Shown here in pieces: positions 1-8,896 of a DNA stretch of 45,802 bases. The DNA comes from Desulfurococcaceae archaeon. Its GTDB lineage: Archaea; Thermoproteota; Thermoprotei_A; Sulfolobales; Desulfurococcaceae. The translations under genes and the position numbers were made by a program. The notes beneath the pieces are model-generated. The model ran no database searches, was not told where the DNA came from, and saw only the letters and a list, made by a program, of their open reading frames with translations. Numbering within the stretch: the first letter of the stretch is position 1; each line of letters starts with the position of its first letter. Location of the stretch: contig JAWBBW010000011.1 in the NCBI GenBank assembly GCA_038824035.1, positions 1-45,802 of the forward strand, given 5' to 3'.

Positions 1-458
1 ATATGCACGAGAAGATGGGCGTATTTCTTGCAAAACCCATATTGGACAGGGTCCTGCGTAAATTGATCCCAGATCCCTTTGCGCGAGTAAAAGTGAGACA
101 AGAAATATTACATGCGATTTACTGTACCAGCTATGAGGTTGAATGTCTCACGATCGAGGCTGGATGCGTGAAGGTTGGCGATGGACTTGATATGGCGGAA
201 GGCCGGGCTAGGATACCTTATAAGCTGGGAGAGATCTCTATACACAGCGTCTCAGCCTTGAGTATAAGATCAGTTGAAATTGTGCCAGGTGATAACTGCC
301 CGATCAGAGTGAATGTCTATATGAATGAGAGAGCTGGTGTTTTTCAAATAGATGAGATCCTTATTCCAAAGATCAATACAACGATGTTGAGAGATTACAT
401 TGAGGTTTACGCGATAATTGGGGATAACATTCTGAAAACATATTCCCCTCGTAAATAA
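1..458 (+). CDS. HD-superfamily phosphohydrolase, C-terminal part (5'-truncated by the window edge)
   Basis: Motifs EAGCVKVGDGLDMAEGRARIPY, IHSVSALSI and AGVFQIDE are typical of archaeal COG3294-type HD proteins. The HD motif itself lies upstream of the window. Confidence 0.7.
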   Translation, partial: MHEKMGVFLAKPILDRVLRKLIPDPFARVKVRQEILHAIYCTSYEVECLTIEAGCVKVGDGLDMAEGRARIPYKLGEISIHSVSALSIRSVEIVPGDNCPIRVNVYMNERAGVFQIDEILIPKINTTMLRDYIEVYAIIGDNILKTYSPRK

Positions 459-631
459 GGAAAAATTTAAAAACCCATACACAATGGATAAATAATATAA
501 TCATAGAGCTGGAAAAAGGTTATGAGGTATGAGTTTTAACACAAAGTAAAATAATCCACATATTAAACTCGAATGGAAACCGCGAATTCGAACTCCTTGC
601 CTGGATAAAACCCCTTGGAAACAATAAGGTC

Positions 632-1813
632 TTGCTCAAAGACGATACAGGAATGGCTGTATTTGTCCTTGACAATAATGAAAATGCATCAGAAATATGC
701 AAACTACCATGTGAATCGTTCTTAATGCTCAGGGGCGTTGTCAATGGAGATATATTGAATATTTCAGAGTACAAGGTCTTACATAAACCGAGATCTCCGG
801 GTAACATATGTGTAGATATGTTACCGGAGGATCCCTTGGAATATGTTGCTAACTACCACATATATGTAAGACATCCGGCTATGATCAGGATAATCAAAAT
901 GTCTTCACACGTAATGAATCACTCTCGGGGATTTTTATTGAACAAAGGATTTATTGAGTTATCGTCACCAATTATTGGACATGTGAGTGATCCCGGGCTA
1001 AGGGGGGCGGTCAAGGCCACTACAACTTTATATGGGAGAACATATGAACTACAAAGCAGCGTGATCATGTATAAGCAATTATATGCAAGCATACTTGGCA
1101 AGATATTTTACATGGCCAGGAACATTAGAGTGGAACCAATTGAAAACGTGAATACTGGAAGACACCTCGTGGAATTTGTCCAGTTAGATGTCGAAAAAGC
1201 ACTTTCTGATAAAAACGAGATGATTAAACTAGGCGAAGAACTGTTCTACACGCTAGTAAAGCGAATTCTTGAGAACCATCTTGAATTATTGGATCAAGAC
1301 CGAGTTAAGCAATTGGAGAAAGAACTGGTTAAGCCGCCTTATCCTCGGCTTACATATGACGAGGCGGTTGAAATCGCCGTTAAAATGGGATTTCATGTTA
1401 AACATGGACAAGAGCTTAGCTTCGAAGCAGAGGCAGCCATAGCCGATAAATTCGGCTCACCTATTTGGATCTTGGGATTTCCAACTAGGAGTAGGGGATT
1501 TTATTATTTACCGGACCCGGATAAAGACGGCTACAACGTGGATTATAACCTATTATTGCCAGGTGGGCATGGCGAGGTCCTTGATGGAGGTTGTCGTGAA
1601 TATAGATACGAGAAAGTACTCGAGAGGCTTAGAGAGAGTGGCGAAGACCTATCTAAATATAAATGGTTCTTGCAATTGCTCGAAGCAGGTGTAATACTAC
1701 CGACATGTGGTTGGGGGTTTGGCATAGAGAGGTTTATCAAGTACTTATATAATTTAAAACACATAGCATACGCCACGCCTCATCCACGTATTCCGGGAAT
1801 TATCGGCCCTTAA
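632..1813 (+). CDS. asnA: Archaeal asparagine synthetase A (AsnRS/AspRS catalytic-core paralog) with a degenerate N-terminal OB-fold-like region
   Basis: Class II aaRS motif 2 (NIRVE...RHLVEFVQLDVE) and motif 3 (GWGFGIERF), with C-terminal HPRIPG as in AS-AR. The frame is open back to 533, so the start is uncertain. Confidence 0.75.
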   Translation: MLKDDTGMAVFVLDNNENASEICKLPCESFLMLRGVVNGDILNISEYKVLHKPRSPGNICVDMLPEDPLEYVANYHIYVRHPAMIRIIKMSSHVMNHSRGFLLNKGFIELSSPIIGHVSDPGLRGAVKATTTLYGRTYELQSSVIMYKQLYASILGKIFYMARNIRVEPIENVNTGRHLVEFVQLDVEKALSDKNEMIKLGEELFYTLVKRILENHLELLDQDRVKQLEKELVKPPYPRLTYDEAVEIAVKMGFHVKHGQELSFEAEAAIADKFGSPIWILGFPTRSRGFYYLPDPDKDGYNVDYNLLLPGGHGEVLDGGCREYRYEKVLERLRESGEDLSKYKWFLQLLEAGVILPTCGWGFGIERFIKYLYNLKHIAYATPHPRIPGIIGP

Positions 1814-1942
1814 CTAATTAACAGGAGAACTAGAATTTAATACAAACCATTTTACACCACGTCTTTCCCCAATTACACGGGATTAAGTCTATAACATATA
1901 AATGGCTTTGAAACAAAAAACTCTGTGAAGGTGTGTCTTTTA

Positions 1943-3211
1943 ATGCTTGATCCAGAAGAGATCAGAAAAGATTTTCCAATATTACAGAGAACAGTGAATG
2001 GTAAGAAACTAGTATATTTCGATAACGCAGCTACCACGCAGAAACCCATCCAAGTTATTGAAGCTATGAGGGAATTTTATCTCAAACACAATGCAAATGT
2101 TCACAGAGGGCTTCACACATTGAGTCAAGAGGCAAGCCAGTTATTTGAAGAAGCGCATGAAAAAGTAGCTAAGTTCATAAACGCTGGTTCATGGAGAGAG
2201 ATAATATTTTGCAACAATACAACTGATGCACTGAATATTGTTGCCTATGGATGGGGGCTATGGAATCTAAAGGAAGGCGATGAAATAGTGATCACAATAA
2301 TGGATCATCACAGTAACATGCTCCCTTGGAGAATTATCTCGCAACTCAAAAGAAACAGGATAAAATACGTAGATATTACGAGAGAAGGATATTTAAGATA
2401 CGATCAATTGAGCGAAGTTATAACCGAGAAAACAAAAGTAGTAGCATTTCCCATAGCAAGCAATGTACTAGGCACAATAAATGATGTCAAGAAAATAGTG
2501 AAATTAGCCCATGAAGTCGGTGCAATAGTTGTGGCTGATGGGGCGCAGAGCGTGCCGCATATGCCAACTAATGTGAGGGAACTAGGGATTGATTTACTAG
2601 CATTTAGCGGTCACAAGATGCTTGGACCCACGGGGATCGGTGTCTTATGGGGCAAGACGGATGTGTTAGAGGAATTAAAGCCTTTCAAGGTTGGCGGTGA
2701 TACAATAAAGGATGTCACGCTTGATAACATTGTATGGCATGATTTACCATGGAGATTCGAAGCTGGAACACCCAATATAGCTGGGGCAATAGGGCTTGCA
2801 GCAGCCGTGGATTATCTCACCAAGATAGGCATGGAAAATGTGAGGGAACATGAAATAGAACTTGTCAAGTACACTCTCAAGAGATTCGAAGAATTAGGTG
2901 ATGAGGTAATATACTATGGGCCACTCAATCCAGCTGATAAAACAGGTGTGATAGCATTTAATTTAAGAGACCTCAATCATCACACAGTTGGTGCGGCCTT
3001 GGATATGTTCGGAATAGCCGTGAGAACTGGCATGCACTGTGCACACCCACTTCACTATAGGCTAGGTATTAATGGCACTATAAGGGCTAGTTATTATATT
3101 TACAATACATTTGAGGAAATAGATTATTTCATAGATGCATTGGACAAGATAATATCACTCAAGGATTCTCTAAAAGGTCAACAGATACGGAATATGTGCA
3201 CAGGTACGTGA
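1943..3211 (+). CDS. sufS: Cysteine desulfurase, SufS family
   Basis: YFDNAATTQKP, ANVHRG, PLP lysine in SGHKM, EAGTPN and the catalytic RTGMHCA motif. The likely start is ATG 1943 rather than 1925. Confidence 0.93.
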   Translation: MLDPEEIRKDFPILQRTVNGKKLVYFDNAATTQKPIQVIEAMREFYLKHNANVHRGLHTLSQEASQLFEEAHEKVAKFINAGSWREIIFCNNTTDALNIVAYGWGLWNLKEGDEIVITIMDHHSNMLPWRIISQLKRNRIKYVDITREGYLRYDQLSEVITEKTKVVAFPIASNVLGTINDVKKIVKLAHEVGAIVVADGAQSVPHMPTNVRELGIDLLAFSGHKMLGPTGIGVLWGKTDVLEELKPFKVGGDTIKDVTLDNIVWHDLPWRFEAGTPNIAGAIGLAAAVDYLTKIGMENVREHEIELVKYTLKRFEELGDEVIYYGPLNPADKTGVIAFNLRDLNHHTVGAALDMFGIAVRTGMHCAHPLHYRLGINGTIRASYYIYNTFEEIDYFIDALDKIISLKDSLKGQQIRNMCTGT

Positions 3212-3297
3212 TCACATGACAAAATAGACCTAGGAATAGAAGGCGGGAAGCAAAAAATTATTTAATTATGTATTAATAATGACGTCTATTTTGAAGC

Positions 3298-3465
3298 CTA
3301 TTTGGCTGGGCCTAGTATCCTGGCAAACTTCTTACCGGTGTATGGGCTGACTGCGAATGCGATCTTTATCTTGCCTCTCTTGGTCTCCTTGACTACGACT
3401 TCATACTTGTCTGTCTCAAAGTACTGCTTTGCTTTTAAGTCGAAGAATTTTAATTTCTCGGGCAT
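3298..3465 (-). CDS. cc1: Crenarchaeal chromatin protein CC1 (55 aa, not in the ORF track)
   Basis: Manual translation gives MPEKLKFFDLKAKQYFETDKYEVVVKETKRGKIKIAFAVSPYTGKKFARILGPAK*, which matches the CC1 pattern KLKFyDiKAKQxFETDxYEV...SPYTG. A GGTGAT RBS lies 7 nt upstream. Confidence 0.9.
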   Translation of the reverse strand: MPEKLKFFDLKAKQYFETDKYEVVVKETKRGKIKIAFAVSPYTGKKFARILGPAK

Positions 3466-3512
3466 GACTTATATCACCTATCCTTATCAATATATGACAT
3501 TTTTCATGGGCA

Positions 3513-3526
3513 TATTTAAACTTTAT
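3513..3526 (-). promoter_or_regulatory. BRE/TATA promoter of cc1
   Basis: Minus strand ATAAAG-TTTAAATA about 50 nt upstream of the cc1 start. Confidence 0.55.
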
Positions 3527-3726
3527 GTTTTGTTATCATGTTTTTCACATACACACATTTATGTAAAATGTTACATGAAATAAAATAATTATATGAATGT
3601 CTAATTTATCCATTTAAACTAGGATCTACAAATGAAATTAAATCTCATGTATCCAGTTATTTGTAATTTCTCATATACATTAGTTATTGATTAATGATGT
3701 TTTGAACCGTAATACGTGATCCGGAC

Positions 3727-4275
3727 TTATGTGTTTGTATTACGTCGTGTTTCTATGTCCTCGTAGTAAATGGTTTTATTACTCACGACATCGCTCGAGC
3801 CAGCATGATCATATATTACGACGCTATATCTGATCAAACCATCCTTAGCCTTCTCTAACTTATCTAAAATCTCTTCGCACCTCTCTTTATTCACATCGCT
3901 CTGATTACAGATGAATTTTGTGATCTCTAGAAAATCCTCTATGATCCCCTCTACCGTGGTTATATAACCCTGCGAATACGTTCCAGGCATTATGGATAAA
4001 CCCAGTTCGGGGATCTCGATCTCGCTATGGGCATTTCTGATTACTATAGCGTTTTCATCCCCTGGTTTCTCGACTATGTACACTATCTTCCTAGGTTTCT
4101 TGGTCTCCATTAATTGCACGTCGTTATGCCTGAACCCGCATCTCTGGCAAAGCCCAGTAGAAATAATCACATCACCATAATATGGTATATTGTATATGTA
4201 CTCGGATATTTGCAATGAACTGCCGCATACAGGGCAAGTTGAACCATATTCCATTATTTTCCTAAGCTCACCCAT
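3727..4275 (-). CDS. ZPR1 zinc-finger domain protein
   Basis: CPVCG...CQRCGFR zinc finger, plus IPELGL and GYITTVEG motifs. Confidence 0.9.
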   Translation of the reverse strand: MGELRKIMEYGSTCPVCGSSLQISEYIYNIPYYGDVIISTGLCQRCGFRHNDVQLMETKKPRKIVYIVEKPGDENAIVIRNAHSEIEIPELGLSIMPGTYSQGYITTVEGIIEDFLEITKFICNQSDVNKERCEEILDKLEKAKDGLIRYSVVIYDHAGSSDVVSNKTIYYEDIETRRNTNT

Positions 4276-4297
4276 GAATATCTCCCACTCCTAGACC

Positions 4298-5218
4298 TTA
4301 TCTATGTAATGCACAGGGTTGTTTTCCTATTAAGTGACTACCATCACAGGAGGGGGCATTGAAAAACTCATTGCCCAATCCCTCTCTGCAGGTTGCAACG
4401 GTAAGTCCATATCTCATACACATCTTCACAATTGGCTCTAGCATAGAACGTCTGAGGTCTTTGGGTAAATACATATAGCCATGTATTCGAGATCCCTTTG
4501 AGACATAGTACTCCCTTAGCTTAGAGGCTATTTCTGGAAAACTGTCTTGAAGTCTAGCTAGGCTATCCCATTTAGCCTTATACGTGGAAGTAACCACGTG
4601 TTGAGCGCCAGCTTCTTTAACATATGCAATGATCTCACCCATCATATGTGGATCATCGTTTATAAATGGGATCACAGGGTCTATTCTTACGCCCACAGGT
4701 ATACCGCTTTTACTTAATGCCTTCACTGCATATATTCGTTGACGGGGTAGTGGGGCTCCTGGTTCCAAGATCGTGGAGATCTTGTCATCAAGCGTAGTGA
4801 TGGTTATCATCACGGCTGACCTGGTCTGTGATAATATATCTATGTCTCTCACCACTAGGTCTGACTTAGTGGTTATGAGCAATTTGACATTGTAATTTAA
4901 TAACAACTTCAGAACGCTTCTGGTTACTTCGAGGTCTTTCTCAATAGGTGGATATGGATCGCTACTCGTACTTAATTCTATGATCTGATCATTCCCGAGC
5001 TTCCTAAGATCGCTTGATATATTTTTCAACAAATCCTTTTTCACTATACTGGGTTTCCTACCAATATAGGATGATGCATAGCAATATAGGCAGTAATGAC
5101 TACAACCAGTATAGGGGTGTAAACTGTACTTGATTGGACATGTACAAAGCGGCGATCTCCACGGGTCAAACAATCTTATAACTCTAAGCTCTTTGGCATC
5201 GAAAACCTTATTGACCAT
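4298..5218 (-). CDS. Radical SAM protein (SPL/COG1533-like)
   Basis: PYTGCSHYCLYCY (CxxxCxxC), SSDPYP, TKSDL and LEPG motifs; additional Cys in LCTCP, CREG and CDG. Confidence 0.85.
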   Translation of the reverse strand: MVNKVFDAKELRVIRLFDPWRSPLCTCPIKYSLHPYTGCSHYCLYCYASSYIGRKPSIVKKDLLKNISSDLRKLGNDQIIELSTSSDPYPPIEKDLEVTRSVLKLLLNYNVKLLITTKSDLVVRDIDILSQTRSAVMITITTLDDKISTILEPGAPLPRQRIYAVKALSKSGIPVGVRIDPVIPFINDDPHMMGEIIAYVKEAGAQHVVTSTYKAKWDSLARLQDSFPEIASKLREYYVSKGSRIHGYMYLPKDLRRSMLEPIVKMCMRYGLTVATCREGLGNEFFNAPSCDGSHLIGKQPCALHR

Positions 5219-5301
5219 CTAGATCCCTGGTGAAACCATGGTAAAGAGTAGTTTGTAGTTTGGATAAGCATAAAAATAACAGCGTTGTATGAAATATATT
5301 G

Positions 5302-5383
5302 TCCTGTACCCCGCCTGACCGACCTCCTTCATATCCATCCCCCCATATACGGGGTCTCGTGGAGGTGTGAGGAGGCGGGGCAT
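5302..5383 (-). ncRNA. H/ACA box pseudouridylation guide sRNA (single hairpin)
   Basis: Minus strand: lower stem CCCCGCCU/AGGCGGGG, pocket CCUCAC/CGGUC, upper stem ACCUCC/GGAGGU, GA-containing K-turn-like element with a CCCC/GGGG cap, and ACA (5305-5307) 14 nt from the top of the pocket. TATTAA lies ~25 nt upstream. Confidence 0.85.
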
Positions 5384-5465
5384 GTTAATCTTTGTTGTAA
5401 TCCCTTAATATTCATTTTTATATTGCCATGAGTCGATGACATAACATAGAAACATGGTGAATTAA

Positions 5466-6071
5466 ATGGTTACCGGGTTGACTAGGGATTCCATGATTCA
5501 AATCATAGATTTCATATTGAAATCCATCGATATGATCAGCGATAGCGAGAAAGACAGCCTGGTTGAAGCACTGTTAGAAGCATTGAAAAATAAGAAAAAG
5601 ATCTTCATAGTCGGGGCTGGAAGAAGTGGTTTAGTGGCCAGGGCATTTGCCATGAGATTACTACATCTGGGATTCAACGTATACGTGATTGGGGAAACGA
5701 TATTGCCAAGGGCTATGCCTGGCGATATACTATTGGCTATATCCGGATCTGGTAGGACTAAGACCATTGTGACAATAGCCGAGGTTGCCAAATCCATGGG
5801 GGTCAAAGTAGTGGCTATAACAACATACCCGGACAGCCCGTTGGGCAAAATAGCCGATATAGTGGTGAATATACCGGGTAGGACTAAATTGGCCAAGGAA
5901 GAAGACTATACTGCGAGACAGATAATGGGTATTCACGAGCCCTTGGCACCTCTTGGAACACTGTTCGAGGATACTACGATGATATTTCTAGATGGGGTTA
6001 TTGTCGAATTAATGAATAAACTAGGCCTCACAGAAGAGGAGTTGAGGGAAAGACATGCTAATATAGAGTAA
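5466..6071 (+). CDS. hxlB: 6-phospho-3-hexuloisomerase (SIS domain)
   Basis: GAGRSGLV, FAMRLLHLG, AISGSG, APLGTLFE and the C-terminal HANIE. Confidence 0.93.
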   Translation: MVTGLTRDSMIQIIDFILKSIDMISDSEKDSLVEALLEALKNKKKIFIVGAGRSGLVARAFAMRLLHLGFNVYVIGETILPRAMPGDILLAISGSGRTKTIVTIAEVAKSMGVKVVAITTYPDSPLGKIADIVVNIPGRTKLAKEEDYTARQIMGIHEPLAPLGTLFEDTTMIFLDGVIVELMNKLGLTEEELRERHANIE

Positions 6072-6284
6072 TGACGAACTAACCATTTCATGGAATGTGT
6101 TGTCTCATCGGAGATCAGTTGTATTAATTTCTCGAAGTTTAAATTAAGTTGTTTTGAAACTAAAATGTTAAATCCAGCTATATTACATAGTTTTACTTTT
6201 AATGAAATATACCTAATCATGTTTTCACATACTTAAATACTAAGTATTCGATTATTTATAAAATGAGTAAAATAGGTGATCTTG

Positions 6285-6770
6285 ATGCATGAGGAACTGA
6301 GAGAGGCATTGAATAAACAGTTAAATCAAGAACTCAGAAACGCATACCTATACCTGGTCATGGCGTCTTATTTCGATGCCCACTCCTTATCGGGATTTGC
6401 GCATTACTTCAAGGTACAAGCTAAGGAAGAGCTAGGACATGCCATGAAAATATATGAATACCTTGTCGATAGAAATGTGCCCTTGGAATTCTACGAGATA
6501 CCACCACCTAGTAAAAAATGGAATAGCGTAGTGGATGTCGTGAGGGATTTCTACGAAGCTGAAAAGGCCAATACACAGCGCATATGGGGATTAGTAGACC
6601 TTGCTAAGAAGCATAATGATAAATCAGTAGAGAATTTCCTACAATGGTTCATAAACGAGCAATTAGAGGAGGAAAAACAAGCAAGCGATCTCCTGGCTAA
6701 GATGGAGTTAGTGGGCGAGAATCCGGTAGCTATATTATTATTGGACAAGCTTTTGGCTGAGAGGAAATAA
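6285..6770 (+). CDS. ftnA: Ferritin (non-heme)
   Basis: Ferroxidase residues in QELRNAYLY, EELGHAMK and WFINEQLEEE. The AGGTGA RBS supports a start near 6285. Confidence 0.93.
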   Translation: MHEELREALNKQLNQELRNAYLYLVMASYFDAHSLSGFAHYFKVQAKEELGHAMKIYEYLVDRNVPLEFYEIPPPSKKWNSVVDVVRDFYEAEKANTQRIWGLVDLAKKHNDKSVENFLQWFINEQLEEEKQASDLLAKMELVGENPVAILLLDKLLAERK

Positions 6771-6802
6771 CCTCAGTTAAAAATAAGAAGTAATAATTTT
6801 TT

Positions 6803-7759
6803 ATGGCAATAACCATGGATCAAGAAAAACTAGCGGAATTGCTTGGATTATCGCTATTACTCGAGGTATCAAGTTACCCTAAGCCTGGGAATGTCCATAG
6901 GTTATCGGATAATCCCGGGCTCAAATACGAGTATTTCCTGATAACAGGTGTTTTCTCCGTGAAGTATTTCAGGCGATCAATAGAGAGAGGCGTGAAAGGG
7001 TGGGGAGAAACAGTCCTGGGTGACCTGGTATATGGCCTTGTCGAGGATGTCGTGAATGCTGTGTCGAGCAATACTTGTCTAGGTTCAAGCCTTCTATTGA
7101 TCACGCTGGGAGTAGGCATAGGTATTTCGATTAGAAGTGGGAAAATGAATATTGATAGCATTATCGATGGCTCAAACTATGCAATTCGCTCAACGACAGT
7201 AGGAGATTCTATTTACTATTACAAAGCTATTAGAAAGGCATCTCCGAGTTACATCAAGCCGATGGACGATGTTGGTGATTATGTCAATGTATGGGATCCG
7301 TTGTTTGAAGTAAAATTGAGGGAAAAAGGCCACCGTCTTATTGATATCCTAGAATATAGCTCAACATTCGACATAGTTGCGGAGGAAGTAGTAAAAGGGT
7401 ATCCAAGAAGTAAAGAGGCAGAGGTTTTTCTAAGAAAAAGGCTAGAGGAACACGGTAATTGGAATAGGGGCGTGGTGGAGACATATCTTTACATACTTTC
7501 TCGTTCCCGCGATACCGTGGTTTTCTTAAAACACGGTGATGAAGTCGCCAAATGGGTTTCAGAACAAGGCAGACTTGTGTTGAGTGAAATCATTGATAAA
7601 GACATCGAATGGGTGAATATTGTTCACAGCTTTGACGTGTCCTTGAAAAAAAGAGGTATAAACCCGGGCTCAGTCGCGGATATCACGTCGTCCACAATTG
7701 CTATTTACTTGCTTAGGAGCTATATAGCAGGCAATGGGAGATTTCATTTTAGGTTTTAG
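6803..7759 (+). CDS. citG: CitG-family (triphosphoribosyl-dephospho-CoA synthase-like) protein, archaeal type
   Basis: LEVSSYPKPGNVHR, NTCLG and C-terminal NPGSVAD motifs. Confidence 0.8.
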   Translation: MAITMDQEKLAELLGLSLLLEVSSYPKPGNVHRLSDNPGLKYEYFLITGVFSVKYFRRSIERGVKGWGETVLGDLVYGLVEDVVNAVSSNTCLGSSLLLITLGVGIGISIRSGKMNIDSIIDGSNYAIRSTTVGDSIYYYKAIRKASPSYIKPMDDVGDYVNVWDPLFEVKLREKGHRLIDILEYSSTFDIVAEEVVKGYPRSKEAEVFLRKRLEEHGNWNRGVVETYLYILSRSRDTVVFLKHGDEVAKWVSEQGRLVLSEIIDKDIEWVNIVHSFDVSLKKRGINPGSVADITSSTIAIYLLRSYIAGNGRFHFRF

Positions 7760-7766
7760 ACCATTC

Positions 7767-8132
7767 CTATTTATTAAGATATTCATTGATATCGACTTCT
7801 TTACCGTGTTTAACAAATTTTATCCGCAGATCCGGCTTTATATCAAGGCCGAGTGCTCTGATTATGCTGTAAACAGTGATCCCATCTAGTTCCTTTAATT
7901 GACCCGTCTTAAGTACGTTGTAAAGCTCCTTTATTATCCCCATGTAGATGTCCGGATAATACGCTTTTAATTTATCCATTAATTCAACGGCTTTGTCATC
8001 GGAGAGTTTGCTTCGCACATATTTCTCGGGATCCTCTGTTGTAGTTTCACTGGTCTTTTGACTCGACGATAACAATGCCATGTATTTTTTGTATAGTTTA
8101 AGCCTAAGGGCCTCTGGTAAATCCTCGCTCAA
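7767..8132 (-). CDS. Putative dsDNA-binding protein (PDCD5/TFAR19-like paralog)
   Basis: Small helical protein: VRSKLSDDKAVELM...YP...G...RIKFV resembles the PDCD5-like pattern. Confidence 0.5.
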   Translation of the reverse strand: MSEDLPEALRLKLYKKYMALLSSSQKTSETTTEDPEKYVRSKLSDDKAVELMDKLKAYYPDIYMGIIKELYNVLKTGQLKELDGITVYSIIRALGLDIKPDLRIKFVKHGKEVDINEYLNK

Positions 8133-8351
8133 TTACATCACCTAAGTATATTTTTCTGGTTATTTCCATTTCCAAGGGGGAATAAATATGGGAAACACTT
8201 TCGTTGTGATAAAGCTTGTTTTTAAATACTCCTTAATAGCTTTTTACCATGTGGAACTCGGCGCTAAATAGCTAAGATATTTATCACCCATATCGTGGTG
8301 CCCAATTAATCAATGCTCATTTACCCCGTGACATTCCCGCAAAACTTCCAA

Positions 8352-8813
8352 CTATTGTTTTAACTGCTCTAATAAGTCGCTCACAGTTTTTTTAAATTCC
8401 TCGATACTTCTCCTGATTTTCTCCATTTGAACTTGACTAAGTGTTTCAGCTTTGTTGAAAATTTCTTTAACTAGATCAAGTAGTTCGGGGAAACCCATTT
8501 CCCTGAATCGCCTTAACCTGGCATTATATAATCTCGCTTTTTCAACGAGTTCACGATTTTCTTCCAGGAACTTTAAACCATTATCGGTTATAGAGAAAAA
8601 CACCAACCGCTTGTTCTTTACATTAATGTGTTCTGATCTAACGAACCCTTTTTTCTCAAGCAATTTCAAAACTGGATATATAATGCTCGGCGGTGGTTTA
8701 AACCCCGTGATGTTTTCAATTCTCTTCATTAAACCATATCCATGCATTTTGTTATCTCTTAGAATATCTAGAATGCTGATCATGACATAAGATCTTATGT
8801 ACTTTCGATCCAT
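8352..8813 (-). CDS. PadR-family transcriptional regulator
   Basis: MHGYGLMK, PSIIYPVLKLLEKKGFV and ITDNG. A GTGAT RBS supports the MDRKY start at 8813. Confidence 0.88.
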   Translation of the reverse strand: MDRKYIRSYVMISILDILRDNKMHGYGLMKRIENITGFKPPPSIIYPVLKLLEKKGFVRSEHINVKNKRLVFFSITDNGLKFLEENRELVEKARLYNARLRRFREMGFPELLDLVKEIFNKAETLSQVQMEKIRRSIEEFKKTVSDLLEQLKQ

Positions 8814-8896
8814 ATTTATCACTATATATCTCATTATATATAACTTTAAATACCTTAATAAGCCCTAACTTAATATATAAAAGGCAGTAAAAACTG

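Noticed and set aside
3220-3293. 10-bp inverted repeat CAAAATAGAC/GTCTATTTTG between the convergent sufS and cc1 genes
   Set aside because: No target-site duplication or second copy in the window, so it cannot be supported as a MITE and may be chance.
3302-3583. 93-aa plus-strand ORF
   Set aside because: Antisense shadow of cc1 running into AT-rich promoter DNA.
6071-6125. ATGACGA box-C-like motif after hxlB
   Set aside because: No properly spaced D', C' or D boxes on either strand.
8133-8351. 220-bp gap between the PDCD5-like and padR genes
   Set aside because: No credible ORF, stable structure or sRNA boxes found by eye.
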